Assembly: GCA_027021705.1 (NCBI GenBank)
Contig: JALUTT010000014.1
Span: forward strand, 1-18,015
Length of the DNA stretch: 18,015 nt
Source of the DNA: Anaerolineae bacterium
GTDB lineage: Bacteria; Chloroflexota; Anaerolineae; S140-20
Reading direction: 5' to 3'
The notes under the pieces were generated by a model. The model was given only the letters and a program-made list of their open reading frames with translations. It did not search any database and was not told where the DNA came from. Within the stretch, counting starts at the first letter, position 1, and every line of letters begins with the position of its first letter. Position numbers and translations under genes: made by a program. Below, piece after piece: positions 9,101 to 16,090 of this stretch.

Positions 9101-9648
9101 CGGACGGTGACCCCTTCGTCTGGGGCACCCTCTTCGGCTGGCTCTTCGTCCACGCCCTGGGGGAGGTGGTCGGGCCGGAGGACGCCGCCGAGCGGAGCCG
9201 GAGCTGGCTGGACGAATGGCTGCTGGGCAAGATCGTCGCCCGCACGCTGACGGGGTTGAGCCTGGACGAGGGGCCGGCCCAGCAGGCGGTCACTCTCATC
9301 AAGCTCCTCATCGTCCACCGGCTACGGTGCACCGAGGGGGAAGCGCCCGACCTCGCCCGGATGCTGGAGGGCTGGTTGCAGGACGAAGCGGTCCGGCGCT
9401 TCCTCCAGGTCAACCGCTACCAGGGGATCCTCTGGTTCAACAAGGAAGCCTTTGAACGGCTGCTCTGGTGGATGCTGGTCGTCGCCGTCGTGATGATCCT
9501 CGCCGATGCCGACCGCTCGGCTGCCGAGAAGGTCGAGGCCATCTTCGCCTGCTACACCCTCGTCGAAAGACTTCAGCAGGCCGAAGAGGCGTCGGGGTAT
9601 CAGGTGGAAAAGCTCATCGCGGCGGCCGGGGCGGAAACGGCGGCGTAG
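6166..9648 (+). CDS. large GH13 alpha-amylase-family glycosidase (1160 aa)
   Basis: GH13 conserved regions: ASDMVPNH (I), IIRFDAAM (II, nucleophile Asp), LLLAEAFW (III, acid/base Glu) and FMNNPDE (IV). Long N- and C-terminal extensions; GAGGT precedes the ATG. Confidence 0.9.
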   Translation: MEFHISREARDRYRFDERLFSLRGNVIFPNFHAARLFAQRMNEKRDLARFPERAVQAGQINALGLIDELLHYVAALYRQQRNPQALARALDYLDAALGREAVDETLRRFVEAFPPVAVYRGELSPEAYLEGETEGMPNRQATLEELMMLWLANANPACTPFQELFDDAPLEEETAYRQIIAHLHDFFDTQPPFGPDEQNLLDMLQSPARAVPDSLFGQLEYIRERWGYLLGRYIHRLLRSLDLLREEAKGAPPGPGPARVYDFAGLELEPERFSPDLDWMPQLVLLAKHTYVWLDQLSRTYQRPIQRLDQIPDEELDRLARWGFTGLWLIGLWERSPASRRIKHLCGNPKAAASAYAIFDYQIAAELGGEAALQNLKARAQRRGIRLASDMVPNHMGIDSRWVIEHPERFLSVDTCPFPSYTFTGPDLSWHPEVGIYLEDHYYDRTDAAVVFKRVDRRTGRALYIYHGNDGTSTPWNDTAQLDYLNPETREAVIQTILRVARQFPIIRFDAAMTLTKRHYQRLWFPEPGTGGAIPSRAEHGMTRAEFDARMPQEFWREVVDRVAAEAPDTLLLAEAFWLMEGYFVRTLGMHRVYNSAFMNMLRDEENANYRTVMKNTLAFDPEVLKRFVNFMNNPDEETAVVQFGKEDKYFGVCTMMVTMPGLPMFGHGQVEGFAEKYGMEYRHAEWDEQPDPYLIARHEREIFPLLRRRHLFAEVEHFLLYDCETPEGHVNEDVFAYSNRAGDERSLVIYHNRYATARGWIRTSVAYRDKRTDRLVRKSLGEGLGLRKDERYFCIFRDHVTGLEYIRNNRELHEKGLYVELGAYKYHVFLDFREVEDNQWHQYARLAAHLNGRGVPSIEEALHELLLQPIHTPFRELVSADAFRWLMAARVVEPEALEEITPLLEEVEGKLVRLFRAVREHAGGEGDEAALARAVRRKLAALLHLPILGREGDPLTEAVPPAQRERWQALTRYLVTPPDGDPFVWGTLFGWLFVHALGEVVGPEDAAERSRSWLDEWLLGKIVARTLTGLSLDEGPAQQAVTLIKLLIVHRLRCTEGEAPDLARMLEGWLQDEAVRRFLQVNRYQGILWFNKEAFERLLWWMLVVAVVMILADADRSAAEKVEAIFACYTLVERLQQAEEASGYQVEKLIAAAGAETAA

Positions 9649-9722
9649 CGGCATAGCGACGTAGCGGCGTGGCGGCGTGGCGGCATAGCGACGTAGCGAC
9701 GTAGCGATATAGCGGCATAGCG
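9643..9722. repeat. 8-bp tandem repeat, 10 degenerate units (consensus RYRTRGCG)
   Basis: gcgtagcg gcatagcg acgtagcg gcgtggcg gcgtggcg gcatagcg acgtagcg acgtagcg atatagcg gcatagcg. It includes the GH13 stop codon and fills the intergenic space up to the next RBS. Confidence 0.95.
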
Positions 9723-9738
9723 CAACGGGAGGTCTACG

Positions 9739-12141
9739 ATGTTCCACCGCCGAGGGGTGTTCGGGTTCCTGGCAGGAGCCGTCGCCGGCGTGGTCGGCGC
9801 AGCCTACTACACCCTCTTCCGCCGTCCCCTGCCCCAGACCCGGGGACGGGTCCGGCTGTCCGGCCTGGAAGAGGAGGTACTGGTCGTCCGAGACCGGTGG
9901 GGCATTCCCCACATCTACGCCCGCAGCCTGCGCGACCTCTTCTTTGCCCAGGGCTTCGTCCACGCCCAGGACCGCTTCTTCCAGATGGAGTTCCAGCGCC
10001 GGCTCGCCTCCGGTCGGCTCTCCGAAGTGCTGGGCCCCAAGGCGCTGGAGGTGGACCGCTGGATGCGCATCGTCGGGCTGCGCCGCGTCGCCGACCAGGA
10101 GGTCGCCACCCTCTCCGACCGGGCCCGTGAGGCCCTGCTGGCCTACGCCGAGGGGGTCAACGCCTTCCTGAGCCGGGGCCGGCTGCCCGCCGAGTTCTCC
10201 TTCCTCCGCTACCGCCCCGAGCACTGGGTCATCGCCGACAGCCTGGCCTGGCTCAAGATGATGGCCTGGATGCTTTCCATCAACTGGGAGGCGGAGGTGC
10301 TGCGGGCCCGGCTCATCGCCCGCCTGGGGCCGGAGAAGGCCGCCCGGCTGGACCCCTCCTCCGCCGCCGACTTCCCCACCATCCTCCCGCCGGGGGTGGA
10401 TTACAGCCGGGTGGGGCGCGGGGCGCTGGACCGGGCCGAGGCCGCCCGCCCCTTCACCGGCCCCCCCGCCAAGGCCGGCCTGGGCAGCAACAGTTGGGTC
10501 CTCAGCGGCCGCCACACCCCCGACGGCCACCCCATCCTGGCCAACGATATGCACCTTCCCCTCCAGGCTCCCTCCATCTGGTACGAAAATCACCTGGTGG
10601 CCGATGAACGGTTCAACGCCGTCGGCGTCTCTCTCCCCGGCCTGCCCGGCATCATCGTCGGCCACAACGGGTACGTCGCCTGGGGCTTCACCGCCACCCT
10701 GCCCGACACCCAGGACCTCTACATCGAGCGGCTCCACCCGGAGAACGCCCGGCTGGTCGAGTACCAGGGCCAATGGTACGAGGCGGAGGTCTACTACGAG
10801 GAGATCGCGATCAAGGGGGGCGGGTCCGTCATCGAAGAGGTTCTGGTCACCCGCCACGGCCCCATCATCACCCCCCTGGTCGAGGCGGCCGGCGGCCACG
10901 AAGCCCCCCTCGCCCTGGCCTGGCCGGTGCTGCGGCCCGGTCGGACGGCCGAGACGCTTATCCTGCTGGGGGAGGCCCGCGACTGCGAGAGCTTCCACGA
11001 GGGGCTCCGCTACCTGGAGGCCCCCGTCCTCAACGTCGTCTACGCCGACATCCACGGCAACATCGGCTACACCCTGGCCGGCGCCATCCCCCGGCGCAAG
11101 CCCGGCCACACCGGCCTCGTTCCCGTGCCCGGCTGGACCGACGAGTACGAGTGGGAGGGGATGATCCCCTTCGACGAGCTCCCCCACGTGATCAACCCGC
11201 CCGAGGGGGTCATCGTCACGGCCAACAACCGGCCTGTCTCCGACGACTTCCCCCACTTCCTGGGGGCCGACTGGCTCCCCGGCTACCGGGCCGAGCGCAT
11301 CCGGGAGATGCTGGAGGAGGCGCATCCCATCGGCATCGCCGACTGCCAGCGGATCCAGCGGGATCAGGTCTCCGTCCTGGCCCGGGAGATCGGTCGCCAC
11401 CTGGCCGCCCTCACCACCGACGATCCCCGGCTGGAGACGGTCATCGCCCTCTTCCAGGGGTGGGATGGTCGGCTGAGCGCCACCAGCCCCCAGGCCGCCG
11501 TCTACGAGGTCTTCCTGCGCCGGATGATCTACAACACCTTCGGCCCCGAGGTGGGTGACCTGATCCACCGGGTCGCCGGGGAAGGCCCCCATCCGGTCCT
11601 GGCCGGCTCCAGCGCCTCCGGCTGGCGGATCCGCCTCCTGCTCCAGGAGCTCCTGCGCCGGCCCGACGCCCCCTGGTTCGCCGAGCGGTCGCGGGAAGCG
11701 CTGATCCACCAGAGCCTGCGGGAGGCGGTGGATTTCCTGGAGGCGACGCTGGGGCCGGAGGCGGGCGACTGGCAGTGGGGCCGGCTCCATCGGGTCACCT
11801 TCAACCACCCGCTGGGGCGGGTCAAGCCGCTGGACCGCCTCTTCAACCGAGGGAGCTGGCCCCTGGGCGGTGACGAGACGACGCCCTGGGCGTCCGGCAC
11901 CTCCTACCACGACCTGGACACCGAGGAGATGATCGGCCCGCCCTACCGGCAGATCATCCCCCTGGGGGACCTGAGCCGGGCGATGGCGGTGAACGCGCCG
12001 GGGCAGTCGGGCCACGTGGGCAGCCCCCACTACGCCGACCAGGTCCGCCTCTGGCTCAACGGCGAGTACCGCCCCATCCTCTACCGTCAGGACGAGGTGA
12101 TGCGCCACAGCGAGGCCGTCCTGCACCTGGAGCCTCGGTAG
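9739..12141 (+). CDS. second penicillin acylase family Ntn-hydrolase (peptidase S45), 800 aa, with N-terminal signal/anchor
   Basis: RBS GGAGG. Motifs RDRWGIPHIYA, AQDRFFQME, GSNSW (Ser codon 10486), ILANDMHL, VTANNR and PGQSGHVGSPHYADQ. N-terminus MFHRRGVFGFLAGAVAGVVGAAYY. Confidence 0.95.
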   Translation: MFHRRGVFGFLAGAVAGVVGAAYYTLFRRPLPQTRGRVRLSGLEEEVLVVRDRWGIPHIYARSLRDLFFAQGFVHAQDRFFQMEFQRRLASGRLSEVLGPKALEVDRWMRIVGLRRVADQEVATLSDRAREALLAYAEGVNAFLSRGRLPAEFSFLRYRPEHWVIADSLAWLKMMAWMLSINWEAEVLRARLIARLGPEKAARLDPSSAADFPTILPPGVDYSRVGRGALDRAEAARPFTGPPAKAGLGSNSWVLSGRHTPDGHPILANDMHLPLQAPSIWYENHLVADERFNAVGVSLPGLPGIIVGHNGYVAWGFTATLPDTQDLYIERLHPENARLVEYQGQWYEAEVYYEEIAIKGGGSVIEEVLVTRHGPIITPLVEAAGGHEAPLALAWPVLRPGRTAETLILLGEARDCESFHEGLRYLEAPVLNVVYADIHGNIGYTLAGAIPRRKPGHTGLVPVPGWTDEYEWEGMIPFDELPHVINPPEGVIVTANNRPVSDDFPHFLGADWLPGYRAERIREMLEEAHPIGIADCQRIQRDQVSVLAREIGRHLAALTTDDPRLETVIALFQGWDGRLSATSPQAAVYEVFLRRMIYNTFGPEVGDLIHRVAGEGPHPVLAGSSASGWRIRLLLQELLRRPDAPWFAERSREALIHQSLREAVDFLEATLGPEAGDWQWGRLHRVTFNHPLGRVKPLDRLFNRGSWPLGGDETTPWASGTSYHDLDTEEMIGPPYRQIIPLGDLSRAMAVNAPGQSGHVGSPHYADQVRLWLNGEYRPILYRQDEVMRHSEAVLHLEPR

Positions 12142-12169
12142 GCCGCGCAGCACGCACCACGCGAGCCCT

Positions 12170-12475
12170 ATGAAACCCAAGACCGTCGTCGAAACCTACG
12201 ACTACCTGCGCCGGATCGCCCCCGATTTCACCCGGCGGATCGCTCAGGCTGCGGCCCAGGCCCACAACGAGGCCGAGTTCGAGCGGGAGATGAACAACGC
12301 CATCGCCGGCATCGCCGAGGCGCTGGGGGTGGGCCTGCTCTTTCGCCAGCAGTACACCCTGGCCACGGGCCGCGCCGACGCCGTCTACAACCGCTTCATC
12401 ATCGAGTACGAGAACCCCGGCACGCTGCGCCCCAACCTGAGCCAGCGGAGATTCAAAGGAGTCTGGAGGAGTTAA
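12170..12475 (+). pseudogene. N-terminal stump of a probable type IIG restriction-modification (REase-N6 methylase) protein
   Basis: NEAEFE...ATGRADAVYNRFIIEYENPG resembles the PD-(D/E)xK-like nuclease at the start of large IIG enzymes. The ORF ends after 101 aa, where host-like codon usage breaks (~12447); no methylase motifs follow. Confidence 0.6.
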
Positions 12476-12489
12476 GAGGTTGGAGGTGA
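12448..12489 (+). pseudogene. orphan 3' tail copy 1 (EIQRSLEELRGWR*) of the same probable RM gene family
   Basis: Out of frame with ORF 12170. Its peptide matches tail copy 2 (EIRRSSEELR*) at 8 of 10 residues. The terminal GGAGGTGA doubles as the RBS of darTG. Confidence 0.55.
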
Positions 12490-12491
12490 CT

Positions 12492-13655
12492 ATGACTAGA
12501 CGTTTGCGCGAATTCTATTACATCACCCATATCCTCAATCTGCCCTCTATCCTTCGTGAGGGAATTCTCTCCCACGCCGAGGTTGAACGGCGAGGCATTG
12601 AGCCAGTTACGGTTTACGATGTGGGGGTGGTATCCTGGCGTCAAGAGAAGATCACGCCCGATGGTCATTCCCTTTGGGAATACGCTAACTTGTATTTCAA
12701 CCCTCGCAATCCTATGCTGTACCGTCTGCTTATGGAGCACAAGAACACCGAGATCGCGGTGTTGGGAGTACGCAAAAGCATCCTAAACACACCTGGTTCG
12801 TTCGTAACAACGGGCAATGCGGCGCGCTCGGAAACTGAGATTCTGCCCAAGGAGAAATGGACGGAGCGCGCTGATGAGATACTCAAAGGGATTGACGTTG
12901 AGTACTGGAGCGAGGCCGATGGGAGCAAACGGCGCATTATGGCCGAAGTATTGATACCGCAATGTATCCCGCCAGAGACAATTGATGCTATCTATGTGGC
13001 TAATGATGAAGCCCGTGAAGCAGTTCTGAAGCTTGTGAGGAGCTCTGGCCCACCTGTAGTACTGGAACCTCGTATGTTTTTTGCCCCCACTCGCATGTAT
13101 AGCCTCACGACAAGGCTGCAATTGGTCGAAGGGGATATGTTCTTCTCCAGGATGCAGACGCTCACCATCAGCGTCAACACTGTGGGAGTGATGGGGAAGG
13201 GACTGGCTTCACGAGCCAAATACCAGTTCCCAGATGCCTACGTTGTCTACCAGGACGCTTGTCGTAAGAGATTGCTCCTCCCAGGAAAACCTTATTTGTA
13301 CAAGCGTGAAGCATCATTGGATGCTGCACTTGCTGATGATACGTTCCCCTTACCATTGACGAACCGGCGCACATGGTTCCTCTTCTTTCCCACCAAGCGA
13401 CACTGGCGCGAACGGTCCCGCATCGAGGACATCGAGGCCGGGCTGGTCTGGCTCGTTCAGCATTACCAGCAGGAAGGCATTGAGTCTCTCGCTTTACCTG
13501 CTCTAGGGTGTGGCCTCGGCGGGCTGAAATGGGCAGATGTGGGACCCTTGATGTGTCGCTATCTATCACGCCTTGAGATCCCAGTGCATATTCATCTACC
13601 CCTTGAGCGCAGCGTGCCAGAAGAGCAGCTTGGCCGAGAATTCTTGTTGAAGTAG
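12492..13655 (+). CDS. darTG: fused DarT (DUF4433 ssDNA ADP-ribosyltransferase) - DarG macrodomain protein, 387 aa
   Basis: N-half: YYITHILNLPSILREGILS, YANLYFNPRNPMLY, TTGNAA and RRIMAEVLIP (catalytic Glu position). C-half: GDMF, VNTVGVMGKGLA, FPTKRHWR (DarG Lys) and SLALPALGCGLGGLKW. RBS GGAGG before ATG 12492; visibly AT-richer than the flanks. Confidence 0.92.
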   Translation: MTRRLREFYYITHILNLPSILREGILSHAEVERRGIEPVTVYDVGVVSWRQEKITPDGHSLWEYANLYFNPRNPMLYRLLMEHKNTEIAVLGVRKSILNTPGSFVTTGNAARSETEILPKEKWTERADEILKGIDVEYWSEADGSKRRIMAEVLIPQCIPPETIDAIYVANDEAREAVLKLVRSSGPPVVLEPRMFFAPTRMYSLTTRLQLVEGDMFFSRMQTLTISVNTVGVMGKGLASRAKYQFPDAYVVYQDACRKRLLLPGKPYLYKREASLDAALADDTFPLPLTNRRTWFLFFPTKRHWRERSRIEDIEAGLVWLVQHYQQEGIESLALPALGCGLGGLKWADVGPLMCRYLSRLEIPVHIHLPLERSVPEEQLGREFLLK

Positions 13656-13720
13656 AAAGCAACGAGATTTCTGAACAGGCATTAAAGCCGATCTCGTACG
13701 ACAACGGTAGGCAAGCTATC

Positions 13721-13912
13721 CTCCACCAGCGCCTGGCGGCCCTCTCGCGGCGGGCGCACGAACTGGCGCTGGCGGCCTACGGCGGGGACGGGGCGGCGCA
13801 GGCGGATCTGCGCCGGGTGGAGGACGAGGTGGACCGCGCCGCAGCGGCCCTGTGGGGGCTGACGGAGGAGGAACTGGTGGAGATCCGGCGGAGTTCGGAG
13901 GAACTGAGGTGA
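13721..13912 (+). pseudogene. orphan C-terminal fragment (63 aa, tail copy 2) of a probable type IIG RM protein
   Basis: LHQRLAALSRRAHELALAAYGGDGAAQADLRRVEDEVDRAAAALWGLTEEELVEIRRSSEELR* resembles the 'EID..V..LYGLT.EE' terminal helix of IIG methylases. Codons are host-like and GC-rich. No start codon lies between the in-frame stop at 13604 and this segment. Confidence 0.65.
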
Positions 13913-13916
13913 TGCT

Positions 13917-14198
13917 ATGCCTTCCCTGATGCTGGAGCGGGTTGTGGTCCAAGGGTATAAGTCCTTTCGGGAGCTGGACCTACCCCTGGAGCGGATCAAC
14001 GTGCTCATTGGAGCCAACGGGTCCGGCAAATCCAACTTCATCAGCCTGTTCCAAATGATGAACCGGCTCGTCAACCAGGGGTTGCAAACCTACGTCGCCC
14101 AATCCGGCGGGGCCGACCAATTGCTGCACTACGGGCGGAAGACGACGGAAAGGCTGCACGTTGAGTTCTGGTTCCAGAGGGACACCACCGCCGGATAG
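13917..14198 (+). pseudogene. truncated AAA_21/ABC-type ATPase (N-terminal 93 aa only)
   Basis: LERVVVQGYKSF...INVLIGANGSGKSNF (Walker A)...GGADQLLHYGRK. It stops before any ABC signature or Walker B. Confidence 0.8.
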
Positions 14199-14251
14199 GG
14201 TTGCAGACCATCCGGGACAGATGCCCTCACTTCGATGAGTGGGTGAGCAAA
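14189..14251 (+). pseudogene. C-terminal remnant of a DUF4276-like protein
   Basis: RRIGLQTIRDRCPHFDEWVSK resembles the 'IGL..IR..CPHF..W' end of DUF4276 proteins, which normally follow such ATPases. It is joined out of frame to the ATPase stump. Confidence 0.6.
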
Positions 14252-14320
14252 TCAGATGGACCTTTATGCCCTATCCCACCCTGCCGACATCTTTCGTTTC
14301 TTCCAGCAGCATCCTTCCCT

Positions 14321-16069
14321 GGGCGGCATCGGCTGGAAGCCGACGCCGCCCATTGGGAAGCCCGCTCTGCGGGCTTGATAAACAGAGCCGGGGGATTCCA
14401 TCCCACGGCGGAGGACGGCCGGGCAAACGAAGGGCGGCATTGGCTGGAAGCCCACGCCGCCCATTGGGAAGCCAGCTCTGCAGGCTTGATAAACAGAGCC
14501 GGGGGATTCCATCCCACGGCAGAGGGCGGCCGGGCAAACGAAGGGCGGCATCGGCTGGAAGCCGACGCCGCCCATTGGGAAGCCCGCTCTGCGGGCTCGA
14601 CAAACAGCGCCGGGGGATTCCATCCTCCGGCGGAGGGCCGGCCGAGCAAACGAAGGGCGGCATCGGCTGGAAGCCGACGTCGCCTGGTGGGAAGCCCGCT
14701 TCGCGGGCTCGACAAACGGCGCCGGGGGATTCCATCCTCCGGCGGAGGGCCGGCCGAGCAAACGAAGGGCGGCATCGGCTGGAAGCCGACGTCGCCTGGT
14801 GGGAAGCCCGCTTCGCGGGCTCGACAAACGGCGCCGGGGGATTCCATCCCACGGCGGAGGGCGGCCGGGCAAACGAAGGGCATCGGCTGGAAGCCCACGC
14901 CGCCCATTGGGAAGCCCGCTTCGCGGGCTTGACAAACAGCGCCGGGGGATTCCATCCCACGGCGGAAGGCCGGCCGGGCAAACGAAGGGCATTGGCTGGA
15001 AGCCGACGCCGCCCATTGGGAAGCCCGCTTCGCGGGCTCGACAAACGGCGCCGGGGGATTCCATCCCACAGTGGCACGCCCAGGCAAACGAAGGGCGGCA
15101 TTGGCTGGAAGCCGACGTCGCCTATTGTCAAGCCCGCTTCGCGGGCTCGACAAACGGCGCCGGGGGATTCCATCCCACAGTGGCACGCCCAGGCAAACGA
15201 AGGGCGGCATTGGCTGGAAGCCCACGCCGCCCATTGGGAAGCCCGCTCTGCGGGCTTGATAAACAGAGCCGGGGGATTCCATCCCACAGTGGCACGCCCA
15301 GGCAAACGAAGGGCGGCATTGGCTGGAAGCCGACGCCGCCCATTGGGAAGCCCGCTTCGCGGGCTCGACAAACAGAGCCGGGGGATTCCATCCCACGGCG
15401 ACACGCCCAGGCAAACGAAGGGCATCGGCTGGAAGCCGACGCCGCCCATTGGGAAGCCCGCTTCGCGGGCTTGACAAACAGAGCCGGGGGATTCCATCCC
15501 CCGGCGGAGGGCCGGCCGGGCAAACGAAGGGCATTGGCTGGAAGCCCACGCCGCCCATTGGGAAGCCCACTCTGCGGGCTTGATAAACAGAGCCGGGGGA
15601 TTCCATCCCACAGTGGCACGCCCAGGCAAACGAAGGGCGGCATTGGCTGGAAGCCGACGCCGCCCATTGGGAAGCCCGCTTCGCGGGCTCGACAAACAGA
15701 GCCGGGGGATTCCATCCCACGGCGACACGCCCAGGCAAACGAAGGGCATCGGCTGGAAGCCGACGCCGCCCATTGGGAAGCCCGCTTCGCGGGCTTGACA
15801 AACAGAGCCGGGGGATTCCATCCCCCGGCGGAGGGCCGGCCGGGCAAACGAAGGGCATTGGCTGGAAGCCCACGCCGCCCATTGGGAAGCCCACTCTGCG
15901 GGCTTGATAAACAGAGCCGGGGGATTCCATCCCACAGTGGCACGCCCAGGCAAACGAAGGGCGGCATTGGCTGGAAGCCCACGCCGCCCATTGGGAAGCC
16001 CGCTTCGCGGGCTTGATAAACAGAGCCGGGGGATTCCATCCTCCGGCGGAGGGCCGGCCGGGCAAACGA
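14321..16069. repeat. tandem array of 16 units (106-112 bp), each with three GC-rich hairpins (REP/BIME-like)
   Basis: The anchor GGCTGGAAGCC recurs at 14331, 14442, 14553, 14665, 14777, 14885, 14994, 15103, 15212, 15321, 15427, 15536, 15645, 15751, 15860 and 15969. Hairpins: GGCGGCATCGGCT-GGA-AGCCGACGCCGCC, AAGCCCGC-TTC-GCGGGCTT and GCCGGGGGAT-TCC-ATCCCCCGGC (with variants). Confidence 0.97.
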
Positions 16070-16090
16070 GCGAACGAGAAGGGCAACATT

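Noticed and set aside
5986..12180. Very long minus-strand ORFs 5986..9318 and 9322..12180 (also 618..2078, 3348..4598, 4722..5720)
   Set aside because: These are antisense or alternate-frame shadows of well-supported high-GC genes, with no recognisable motifs.
13682..14074. Minus-strand ORF 13682..14074
   Set aside because: It is antisense to the RM tail fragment and the ATPase stump, which carry the recognisable motifs on the plus strand.
16013..16042. TTGATA/TTGACA in array units as tandem promoters driving tnpA
   Set aside because: No credible -10 hexamer at 16-18 bp spacing (best is CATCCT); unsupported without transcript data.
14321..16069. CRISPR array interpretation of the 110-bp periodic repeats
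   Set aside because: There are no unique spacers: the variable parts are reused alleles, the whole unit is repeated, and no cas genes are in the window.
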